From contig OX597815.1 of assembly GCA_951406725.2 (NCBI GenBank), positions 133,672,001 through 133,736,000 of the forward strand: a stretch of 64,000 nucleotides of DNA, read 5' to 3'. Below the pieces are notes generated by a model, which was not told where the DNA came from, did no database searches, and saw only the letters and a list, made by a program, of their open reading frames with translations. Both the position numbers and the translations under genes were made by a program. This DNA comes from Octopus vulgaris. Its lineage: Eukaryota. The number at the start of each line of letters is the position of its first letter. Position 1 is the stretch's first letter. Positions 53,087 to 64,000 of the stretch are shown piece after piece.

Positions 53087-53248
53087 AGGCGCAGGAGTGG
53101 CTGTGTGGTAAGTAGCTTGCTAACCAACCACATGGTTCCGGGTTCAGTCCCACTGCGTGGCATCTTGGGCAAGTGTCTTCTGCTATAGCCCCGGGCCGAC
53201 CAATGCCTTGGGAGTGGATTTGGTAGACGGAAACTGAAAGAAGCCTGT

Positions 53249-53317
<69 letters not shown>

Positions 53318-53520
53318 TTGTGTGTGTGTGTTTGTCCCCCTAGCATTGCTTGACAACCGATGCTGGTGTGTTTACGTCCCCGTAACTTAGCGGTTCGGCA
53401 AAAGAGACTGATAGAATAAGTACTGGGCTTACAAAGAATAAGTCCCGGGATCGATTTGCTCGACTAAAGGCGGTGCTCCAGCATGGCCGCAGTCAAATGA
53501 CTGAAACAAGTAAAAGAGTA
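53087..53520 (+). mobile_element. tRNA-derived SINE family A, young full-length reference copy
   Basis: A box TGGCTGTGTGG, B box GGTTCAGTCCC, internal (TA)n(TG)n, 3' GGCGGTGCTCCAGCATGGCCGCAGTCAAATGACTGAAACAAGTAAAAGAGTA. Confidence 0.92.
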
Positions 53521-53700
53521 TATCTCAGATATATGTACACACACACTTTGTGTGTGTGTATATAAATATATGTACATATATATATACATACATATATAGC
53601 ATATATACATACATATACACACATGTGTTCCATACACACACATGCATACACACACACATACATTCATACAGTTGTGTGTGTTTTTTTATATGCTATATGC

Positions 53701-54393
53701 ATACACATGCAAATATATACATACAGACACAAACACACATGTGTGAGTGTTCTACATGCATATATACATACACATGCAAATATATACATACAGACACAAA
53801 CACACATGTATGAGTGTTCTACATGCATATAAACATACACATGCAAATATATACATACAGACACAAACACACACTTGTGAATGTTCTACATGCATATATA
53901 CATACACATGCAAATATATACATACAGACACAAACACACACGTGTGAGTGTTCTACATGCATATATACATACACATGCAAATATATACATACAGACACAA
54001 ACACACACGTGTGAGTGTTCTGCATGCATATAAACATACACATGCAAATATATACATACAGACACAAACACACACGTGTGAGTGTTCTACATGCATATAA
54101 ACATACACATGCAAATATATACATACAGACACAAACACACACTTGTGAGTGTTCTACATGCATATAAACATACACATGCAAATATATACATACAGACACA
54201 AACACACACTTGTGAATGTTCTACATGCATATATACATACACATGCAAATATATACATACAGACACAAACACACACGTGTGAGTGTTCTGCATGCATATA
54301 AACATACACATGCAAATATATACATACAGACACAAACACACATGTGTGAGTGTTCTACATGCATATATACATACACATGCAAATATATACATA
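53701..54393. repeat. 67-bp minisatellite, ~10.3 copies
   Basis: Units start at 53701, 53768, 53835 ... 54371, with only a few variable positions. Confidence 0.95.
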
Positions 54394-54719
54394 TGTATAA
54401 AGGGAAAAAAAGAAATCCATTATTTATGCATTTGTGTCCCTGGCAGAAAAAGCCAAATAAATAAAATTGTCATCAGCAAACAATAGTAAAATAAATCTAA
54501 TAACAAAAGGGAATTATGGGATATTTAAGAGATGTGGAAAATGGAGCTGTATATGACCCCCATCACTTTTTCCTTCTTCTTTCTTTTTTTTTTTTGTCCA
54601 AAATATCAACTATGTCTCTTAGATTCTCAGTCCCTCAGCTGAATAAATTAAGGCTGATGAAATCCTTCAACCTTTTACTACTAGTGTAGGCTTTAGTATA
54701 CATGGATTGACTGGAGAAC

Positions 54720-55705
54720 TACAACTACCACCACCACCACCACCACCACCACCACTTTTACTACTACTATTGCCACTACCACCACAACTATTACAGCCAC
54801 CATCACCACCACCACCACCACCACCACCACTACTGCTATTACTATTACTGCTACAGTAGCTACCAGTACTATCAGTATTGCCACCAACTACAACCATCAC
54901 CACCACCGCTACCAGCAACTACAACCACTATCCTTATCATCACCAATTTCATCTGGCTCTTTATGTTCTGAGTTCAATTCCTACTGAAGGTCAACTTTGC
55001 CTTTCATTCTTTCGGAGTTGATAAATTAAGTACCAGTTGCATACTGGGGTCGATCTAATCAACTGGCTCCCTGGCCCCGCCAAAATTTCAGGCCTTGTAC
55101 CTGGAGTAGAAAAGATTATTATTATTATTATTATTATTATTATCATTATTATTATTATAACTACTAGAATTACTTATACCAATACTTCCACCATCATAAT
55201 CACCACCATTTATACTACCACCAACACTGCAACCCCCGTCTACATCACCACTATACCCATTACTACCACCGAGACTACTACCATTAACATCTTTGCCCCT
55301 GTTACACCAAACCACTACCACAAACATTATTACCATCATCACCATCGCCACCACCACCACCACCACCACCACCACCACCAAAACACTCACCACCACTCAA
55401 CCTCAATTACCACCGCAACCGTCACCGCAACTATTAACCGTCCCCATTAATACAACCCTTATTATCAACGGCACTACCACCAACGCCGCCGCCGCCACCA
55501 CCACCACCATTTACCATCACTGCTATCGTCCCCATCGCCACCATTTCTACCATTACTTTCACCATCGTTACCACCGTCGTCACCACTGCCGTTACCACCT
55601 GTGGCAATAAGAGAAATATTTATTGTAGTTGCGTAAGGATCATTAATGGTGACGGTGGTAGTAGTAGTAGTAGTGGTGGTGGTGGTGGTGGTAGTGGTGA
55701 TGGTG
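54720..55705. repeat. (ACC)n/(ACT)n/(ATT)n low-complexity region with a SINE B fragment at ~54950-55115
   Basis: Seen directly. Confidence 0.8.
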
Positions 55706-55873
55706 AACCCTACTGGATACACACACGCATGTTATCTCTGAGCCTAACATTTCTGATCAAAATCCAGATGGCGTGGGTGGATTGGTAGTGGTGACAGAAT
55801 CACTTTAGCTCCTTTCCTCACATACCAACCTCATTTTCTTTCTCCATAGTCTAAAAAGCAAAAGGGTTTTACA

Positions 55874-55993
55874 TTAACTACCTAGTACCAGTATGCAATT
55901 AGGCAACAAGTCAATTATCTATCCAATATATATAAAATATATTAGATAATTGACTAGTTCCCTAATTGCATACTACTGGTACTAGGTAGTTAA
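55874..55993. repeat. imperfect ~48-bp inverted repeat (hairpin)
   Basis: TTAACTACCTAGTACCAGTA..TGCAATTAGG..AGTCAATTATCTA pairs with TAGATAATTGACT..CCTAATTGCA..TACTGGTACTAGGTAGTTAA. Confidence 0.85.
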
Positions 55994-56771
55994 CATAAAA
56001 CAACCCCTCAACGGAAAAAAAAAAAGGGTATTAGTAAAGCAGGTTAGCTCTGTAGCTGCTGCTGTATCTTACTACCGCTGTTGCTGTTGATTCTAAAAAA
56101 TTTTTTTCGCGGGGTCGCAAAGGCATCGTTCGGATTTAAAAGCGGAAAGGAAATGAAGTGTGACGTTCATGATTTTCCTAAAAGGGGTTAGGGGATACAA
56201 TACAAAACTAGGCTCGAAACCTGGGTTCTGAGAGTGGATCGTCTATATAGAACCCATGCTTTCTGAAATGATAATTATGATTTTTGATTTTGCAAGAGGG
56301 AAGAGAAATGAGATGTGATCGTGCTTTTTTTTTTCTTTTTATCTCTCTCTTTTTTTTTTAGCGATACCAAGGGACATTAAGTAATTGGCTTGGAACCTCT
56401 CACACATTTAAAAAAAGGGGTTCAGAATGTGTAACAGTTTATAGATTTCCCAGAATGCATTAAGCAACAGGTGTGTGTGTGTGTGTGTGTGTGTGCCTGT
56501 TAAGTTTTTAGAGAAATCGGTATTAAAAAATGCGTTGTGGCTTTTAACCCTTAACAAAAGGGGTTTTAGCCGAGTCATCAACACAATGTGGATTACACAC
56601 CAAGTATAGTCATATTTTGAGAGAGAAAAAAAAATTAAGAGTAGAATCGGTTTCAAATGAAAGTGTATATCCGATGTTTCTTGACGTATAAAAACATTTA
56701 TTTTAAAGTAATATAAGTGTACACTTTCTTCCAATGGAAGCGAGCCTTATCTTATGTTATTTATTCTCTCT

Positions 56772-56819
<48 letters not shown>

Positions 56820-56826
<7 letters not shown>

Positions 56827-57345
56827 TACTCGCGCGCGCGCATATCTTCGTATTGCATGTTTACGTGTGTATGTGAGTTGTGTTCGCGAGTGTGACGAAG
56901 TGATTGTGTTCGAACGCATGTTCGTGCTCGCGTGTGCAAAAGTGGGACGTATCGCGCGCGCTTGTGAGTGTGTGTGCGTGTGTGAGAGTGCGCGCGTGTT
57001 ACGGGCTTGTTGTATGTATGTACGCGAGATGCGATTGCGGCGATACGCTCATAAAAGAGCGCGCGTGTGTGTATGTGCGTGCTCGCGCGCGCATTACGGG
57101 CTTGCTTGTGTGTGCGCGAGATGCTGATCGATACAGACCAATAACTTACTCCTCTGACAGTTTTCTCTTGCCTTTGTTTATGATTTCACTGTAAACACAG
57201 AATGAGTTCGTTCAGTGAGCTTCTGCATCCTTACAACTGCTTTTTTTTTTCGGCCAATTAAGCAGCATCAACGTAGGGAATCGCAGGACTAACAAGGTTT
57301 CGCACCAGCAGGCTTTTTCCTTCCCCCCATTACATACACATCACG
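56820..57345. promoter_or_regulatory. CpG-rich, promoter-like segment
   Basis: Dense CG/GCGCGC in sequence not assignable to a TE family, against a CpG-depleted background. Confidence 0.4.
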
Positions 57346-57428
57346 ATCTCTATATAACAAGTGAACCGCTACATGGTCGCTCGACTTGTTAGAAATAACA
57401 GCCAAATTCCCTCAAATAACATACTACC

Positions 57429-57844
57429 TATTTCTTTATTACCCACAAGGGGCTAAACACAGAGGGGACAAACAAGGACAGACATAGGTATTAAGTCGAC
57501 TACATCGATCCCAGTGCGTAACTGGTACTTAATTTATCGACCCCGAAAGGATGAAAGGCAAAATCGACCTCGGCGGAATTTGAACTCACAACGTAACGGC
57601 AGACGAAATACCTATTTCTTTATTACCCACAAGAGGCTAAACACAGAGGGGACAAACAAGGACAGACATAGGTATTAAGTCGATTACATCGACCCCAGTG
57701 CTTAACTGGTACTTAATTTATCGACCCTGAAAGGATGAAAGGCAAAGTCGACCTCGGCGGAATTTGAACTCACAACATAACGGCAGACGAAATACCGCTA
57801 AGCATTTCGTCCGGCGTGCTAACGTTTCTGCCAGCTCGCCGCCT
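57429..57844 (-). mobile_element. SINE family B tandem dimer with 17-bp TSD
   Basis: 184-bp period (57427 and 57611); TSD TCAAATAACATACTACC at 57412-57428 and 57845-57861. Confidence 0.92.
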
Positions 57845-58280
57845 TCAAATAACATACTACCGTCTTAGAAAAGGATGTATTGAATTATGTGGTCATGAGA
57901 GCATTATGTCTAAAAAAAAAAGATGGGGTGATTACAGCTGGAATGTCTGATCATAGGCCTGCTCGAGCAGAAGTAACCTAAGGCTACAGAAGGGGACTCG
58001 GGGGTGGCGGCTGAGGGATACGTGCCCCTCTCAAGAAAAGAGGTGCGCCCTTCTAAATAATGTTATTATGCCCTTTTCTCCTGGAATTGTATTCCCTTCT
58101 GACCTTGTGCCCTCCCTTAGAAAAATTCCTGGGACCGCGCTTAGGCTAAACAACATTCACTTGTACCAACTAGAGTGACTATATGGTCGTTTGACTTGCT
58201 AGAAACAGCAGCTAAATGTCTCAAATCACATCTTACCTCTTCGAAATATATTTAACACTAAAGTGGAAAATGTAGCACTA

Positions 58281-58496
58281 CGAGGAGGTGCTGAAAAGTT
58301 CCTGGCTTTAAGGGTGTCGCGAAAGGCCTAGTCGGTGGCCCAACCTTTCGAGTTCTTTTATAGGGCTTAGAAAAACTGAAGGGCTGCTGTAATAAGTGTG
58401 TGAATCTGAGAATGAAATATGTTGCATAAAATCAAGATTAATTGATCCTCCTATATTTTCTTTTACCCAAATCCAGGAAATTTTCAAAACCCCTCG
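58281..58496. mobile_element. mariner-type MITE with TA TSD
   Basis: TA-CGAGGAGGTGCTGAAAAGTTCCTGG ... CCAGGAAATTTTCAAAACCCCTCG-TA. Confidence 0.8.
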
Positions 58497-58507
58497 TAGA
58501 TGCATCC

Positions 58508-59250
58508 TGTTTCAGTCATTGGACTGCAGCCATGTTGATGCACCACCTTTAAGAATTTTAGTCAAACAAATCGAGCCCAGTACTTTTTTTCTTTTTGAAG
58601 CCTAATGCTTATTCTATCGTTCTGTTACGCCGAACCGCCAAGTAACGGGGACGTAAACACACCAACACTGGTTGTCAAGCGGTAGTGAGGGACAAACACA
58701 CAGACACCCCCCCGCGCGCGCGCATCAGCATACATACATACATACATATGTGGAAATCTGACAGATGAAAATTTTCATCTGTCTTACCCGCTCATGTTCT
58801 GGTGTTGGCTGAATTTCTCTAGAAAACATTCTTTTTTTGCGGTTAGATCGTAGGCGATCTTCTAGCATATTGGATGTCCACTTAGTGGTCATCCCTTATT
58901 ATACGTATATATATATATATATATATACCTGAAATTTATAGAAAAACAAAAGACGAAGACAGGTATATGAACAACAAGCAAGTGTATTAGTTTGATTTTG
59001 GGGGAAAATGAAAAATCTTTTACGTTTCGAGCCGACGCTCTTCAGCAGAAAGGAATAAGAGAAAATAAACAGAGAGACAATGAAAAAAACTTGTAGATTT
59101 TAGCGGTCCAGCATGCGACGGGCTTCTTTCAGTTTCTGTCTACCAAATCAATTCATAAGGCTATAGAAGAATACACTTGTCCAAAGTGCCACGTAGTGAG
59201 ACTGAGTACGGAACCATGAAGTTGGGAATCAAGCTTCTTACCACACACAT
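58508..59250 (-). mobile_element. SINE family A with two insertions nested in its internal microsatellite
   Basis: SINE 3' half at 58508-58705 and 5' half at 59116-59250, with inserts between. Confidence 0.75.
59017..59052 (-). ncRNA. minimal hammerhead-like motif (core CUGCUGA) in a pLTR-like fragment (~58928-59115)
   Basis: Minus strand: CTTT-CTGCTGA-A-GAGC-GTCG-GCTC-GAAA-CGTA-AAAG. Same family as 872-909. Confidence 0.6.
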
Positions 59251-59983
59251 GGTTGGAACACTTTTGATCATAAGTCTACTCAGTCAGGGCCTGAGCTCAC
59301 AGCAAGCTAACATCGCCATCATATTGACACGCGCGCACAAACACACACATACAGCAGCAGCAGTAGCAGCAGCAGCAGCACCACCACCACCATCACCACC
59401 ACCACCACCATCACCACCACCACCACCACGGCAACAACATTTTGTACTCATGTACGTGGTAACAGAAGGAACTAAATTCCTACGAAAGGAACAGGTTCAG
59501 ACGGTCCATACCTAAGTTTTATTGTTAGCACAGTAGCATCACAAAGACTGGATCTTTGGATAAACTCTTTCCCTAATAATAACATCTGTTATTAACTCTC
59601 TGCCAGGCCTTTACTTAACCGAAGTTTAGGCTTTTAAGGCGTCATGAAATGAAAAAAAAAAATCAAAACAAAACAAAAATACAAGTTTTTGTTTATTTAC
59701 AAATGTCAGAATACTGCAAAAGACAATGTAAGTGAAAACTGATTGGTGTCTCAGCTAAACAATAAATTTGGCAATATAAGATGTTGGGATATACAAATAA
59801 TAGCAGGGCCTTGAAGCATAGACTAAACATTGACTACTTGGATATTCTCACTTGAAGTTGTTTTGTTTTTCGTTTTTGTCACTAAATGCGAGACCCTGTC
59901 CTATTTATATACATAGAATGCTCCCGAGGTATTTCCTTCCTCTCGCCATATTGTTGACATAATTAATATCACTGCATTCCATT

Positions 59984-60023
<40 letters not shown>

Positions 60024-60498
60024 GTGTATGTATGTATGTATCTTTTACGATAACATGGTGGACCAGGTCAGTTTGAGCTTGCCTACTACTATAATGTAAA
60101 CTTTTTTGAACTCATAATATTCTGTGCGTGTATACCAATATTCCACTGAACTTTTTAATAATTCCTTCTGGAAACTATCTTTAACATTTTCTTGAGAATG
60201 TATATTTATGTTGTAATCTTTTGTGCCCAATATTTTAATAAACTTGTTAAACTTTTTTATGTCCTTAACATGTTCTTGTTACCAAAGACTGTATATATGT
60301 ATTGTAGCATTTTGACAATCTTTTTCTAAAGAGTGAAACCGGTAAAGTAAATAAACATCTTTTAAAATTGCATTTTCAAACCTTCTTTCGTATATATATA
60401 TGAGACCGGCTTCACTCATGACCGATCATGAAGTACATCCTTGACGTATTCTAGCATTTAGAAGCAGAGAAGTTTATGGCTGGAAAGATCAATGCTGT

Positions 60499-60846
60499 CA
60501 GTCGTTCCCAACAGGTGTCCATATGGCCCCTGAGGCTCTATATAAGATTTTGGGGGTTGACGCAGCAAAATAGTAAATTCAGGTTTCATAATAGTATTTT
60601 AAGAGCCCATGAAAAAGTTTTGCTCTAGATGTATGTATTAGTATGTTTTGCAAGCAACAGCTAGATTTCTTTCTCTAACATTTTATATAGTTCAACCTAT
60701 ACAAGTTAATATGTGAAAAACAAAATAAGAATTATGATAGAAGTTTCTATAAAACTAGTTTTTAAACATCGAATGTCTATGAAGGTCCACTAGAATAAAA
60801 TAGTAATCGAAGGAGTCCATAGATAAAAAGTAGCTGAGAAGCCCTG
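60499..60846. mobile_element. hAT-type MITE (family of 12655-12981), no clear TSD
   Basis: Internal sequence aligns to 12655-12981; the TIRs are degenerate. Confidence 0.75.
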
Positions 60847-60849
60847 TTC

Positions 60850-61400
60850 AACGTCGCGGAGGTCAAATCTGTATGAATTAGTATTGCTGTTTTCCTTTCT
60901 GCGTGCCTGCTTTCCTGTCACAGTATCTACCGACATCATCTCTCCCATCTTCACGTAGCAGCTCGGGATACCACTCCACCTCATTCGGTCTCCCAGGATT
61001 TTGAACTAATACCTCTCAGGCAGACATCTCTGTAGCGGGGATTGGCGCGGCCAGTGGAACTCATCTTGGCTGTCAGCTCTCTATACAGGTTATCTCTTAA
61101 GATGTGGCCGTTATTCATACAGTGGACGTGACTCAGCACAGTCTTCACTTTCAGAGCTGAGTGTTTATGCTGAGAAGTCCAGTGTACAACAGAACAACTG
61201 CATCGGCCACTATCTTCCCAGTATGTAATTAGTATACTGAAGATGGATCTCATGTAGAAGATCTTCAATCTTTATTCTTGTCTAGCATATGTGGTACATG
61301 TCTCACTGCCGTACAATAGTGTACTTCAGTCAGTCTTTGTAGACAACCATCTTTGTACGTCAAAGATTATCAACATGAAGAAAACAAGATTTCTGGGACA
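60850..61400 (-). pseudogene. RTE-clade RT C-terminal remnant
   Basis: ILRDNLYRELT..STGRANPRYRDVCLR, and LLYGSETC near 61300. Confidence 0.6.
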
Positions 61401-61410
61401 GGGTACAGAA

Positions 61411-62560
61411 CAGTGGTTCTCAAACTTTTCAAAAGACTTTACATGCCGGCCCTCTTACAGTTTTTTCGATGATTCGCGGTCCCCTATAAACTGCAAGATA
61501 ATCAACATGGAGAAAAATGACATATATTCGTTTACCGTAATTTCTGGATTATGAACTGTACTGCCCATAGACCCGCAACCCCGAAAACCACAACTTAATC
61601 CAGGCAATGCCCCATTGGGATACAATAAATGCACATGAAAATATGGAGAATCAGTTGATCAATTTTTATTAAAAAAATTTTTTTTTGTTTCAGTCATTTG
61701 ACAGCGACTATGCTGGAGCACCCGCCTTTAGTCGAAGAAATCGATACCAGGTCTTATTTTTTTGTAAGCTTAGCACTTATTCTGTCGGTCTCTGTTGCCG
61801 AACTGTTAAGTTATGGGGACGTAAACACACCAACATCGGTTGTCAAGTGATGGTGGGGGGACAAACACACACACATATATACGACTGGCTTCTACCAAAT
61901 CCATTCACAAGGCTTTGGTCAGCCCGAAGTTATAGCAGAAGACAGTTGCCCAAGTTGCCACGCAGTAGGACTGAACCCGGAACAACGTGGTTGTAAACAA
62001 AATACTTACTACACATCCAGTCCTGCGCCTGGCTACAAAACAAATGAAAAACGAAAAATATCTATTTCTTTACTACCCACAAGGAGCTAAACACAGAGAG
62101 GACAAACAAGGACAGACAAACGGATTAAGTCGATTACATCGACCCCAGTGCGTAACTGGTACTTAATTTATCGACCCCGAAAGGATGAAAGGCGAAGTTG
62201 ACCTCGGCGGAATTTGAACTCAGAACGTAAAGACAGACGAAATACCACTAAGCACTTCGCCCGGCGTGCTAACGTTTCTGCCAGCTCGCCGCCTTACCGA
62301 CAGCACCCGCACGATCAACTGTTATACCCCCATATTTTCTATCGACCAATTACACTTGTACAAGTGTGATTAACATATGAGTGGTGTAGGAGTGGCGTGA
62401 GTTTTTGAGATCAACGACAAAAAAGGACGATAGCATGCGAAAAATTGAAAGTCTTGAAATTTTTTAACTTAACTGTCTCAAGTCACCCTATTTTCACGAT
62501 ACTTCAGTGTCCCTTCGCGGACCTCCTAAAATCGCGCGGTCTCCAGTTTGAGAACCACTG
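61411..62560. mobile_element. hAT-like non-autonomous element with nested SINE A (61686-62031, -) and SINE B (62061-62295, -)
   Basis: Perfect 16-bp TIRs CAGTGGTTCTCAAACT / AGTTTGAGAACCACTG; TSD only partly matches (GTAC). Confidence 0.55.
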
Positions 62561-63405
62561 GTACTTTGTACAGTGGTTCTCAAACTTTGTACCAGTGGTT
62601 ACTGCACTATACTATTCCAAATCACGTGATCACGTGACCGACCAGACCATCAGACGTTGTTACACATCGCTGGTCACAATGCGTTCGCATTATTTTAGCC
62701 TTCGAATGATGCCACCCCGCATGCTAAGCGAGCAGGCCAACTATTCCAAATACAGCCTTATAATATACTATTACTCCAAGCATTGGCACATTGTATTCTT
62801 AAAGAGAGATTTTAGTCTTTTATCGGGGTGGTCAAAAGTCTCCCTTGGTTTATTATAGAATCTTGTATACCATTATATAATATATGTTGCGTGTTCACTC
62901 GTGGAAATAATACAAGAAACGAACTCTAAAAATAACAGTGAGTTGTATTCCTCCGTTAAACAGTACAGTGTATCAAATAAAACATCACAAATTCTGTTGG
63001 TTGTATAGTTTATCTATCGTTTGGATAATTCAGCTCGGGTCGTCGTTGGTTACATGTGCTCCTCTATATTAATTTTGCTCAGGTGATTAACGGCATGAAA
63101 ATAACATGACTCGCCTTCATGAAAATCGCTCACCCCTCTGATCATAGATGATTTGTTATACCAATTTATAGAAAAAGGGTAGACTACAGAACACCTACAG
63201 ATTAGCTGTTTGTGAATATATTACGCGCACCGTGATTGGCTCCTTAATCCAAACCCTGCGCAATACTCAACCAATGTTCAAAACTCACATGACAGGTAAG
63301 ACGACCAATCATTACAGATTAACGCGCTAAGCCTCTACCAGTTTAATGTATTCAATGTACCATAATAGAAAATGATCTCGTTACAGTCTCACTAAAAGCA
63401 CACAG

Positions 63406-63458
<53 letters not shown>

Positions 63459-64000
63459 CAATTACGATTCAGTTGAATTAGGTATTTAAATCGAAGCACT
63501 TTGTTAGGTCGTAATAACATGCACATCCAAACAATATTAAGTGAATATCAAACTCGGTGCAGAAGTGCCAACACTAACGAAATAGCATCAGAATCAATGC
63601 AAATATATTGGCTCTGTGGAGTTGTGACTATGTTTGATAGTCGAATTGTCCTTTATATTTGAAGTTCATGCAGTCATCTGACGAAAACGGTTCCTTTGCA
63701 ATGATGTAATGTTTTCATTAATCAATTAAAAGAATCTCTTGAAACGGCCGTAATGAATTGACACCTGTACCTCAATGTTACTGAACCCGGAACCATGTGG
63801 TTGGTAAGCTAGCTACTTACTACACATTACGATGGACTTCTTTCAATTTCCGTCTACCAAATCCACTCACAAGGCTTTGATCGGCCTTAGGCTATAGTAG
63901 AAGACACTTATCCAAGGTGTCATGCAGTGAGACTGAACCCGAAACCATGTGTTTGGGAAGCAAGCTTCTTATTACACTAGAAGCTTCTTACCACACAAAT

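Noticed and set aside
53087-53160. tRNA gene (also ~36995-37050 on minus)
   Set aside because: A/B boxes belong to SINE heads and no complete cloverleaf is present.
53701-54393. CRISPR-like regular array
   Set aside because: Whole units repeat with no unique spacers, there are no cas genes, and the context is eukaryotic. It is a minisatellite.
62621-62637. Tandem E-box/CLEAR-like TCACGTGATCACGTGA
   Set aside because: It sits in what appears to be a dispersed repeat fragment (similar sequence at ~15080-15130) with no independent regulatory evidence.

Overview
Eukaryotic, AT-rich, microsatellite-dense DNA made mostly of transposable-element debris. The SINE/LINE repertoire and microsatellite load suggest a coleoid cephalopod (octopus); this is an inference from recognition, not a database match. 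No intact host protein-coding gene can be supported, and most ORFs in the track are microsatellite artefacts. Supported content: a ~6 kb decayed Helitron (40.7-46.76 kb), two 5'-truncated CR1/L2-group LINEs, a solo LTR with TSD, Penelope-like (PLE) remnants carrying several minimal hammerhead-ribozyme motifs, RTE, APE and Tigger fossils, hAT/Tc-mariner/TTAA MITEs (many with intact TSDs), at least three tRNA-derived SINE families, a 67-bp minisatellite and several hairpins. The best leads are: (1) a dispersed set of hammerhead motifs with non-canonical cores; (2) a SINE/LINE pair sharing a 3' stem-loop with compensatory changes; (3) a SINE forming head+unit+unit tandems with the same palindromic junction at two loci; (4) a Helitron with an intron and subterminal direct repeats; (5) weak evidence for a minus-strand host gene starting near 57.2 kb. 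Coordinates were read by eye and may be off by a few bases.
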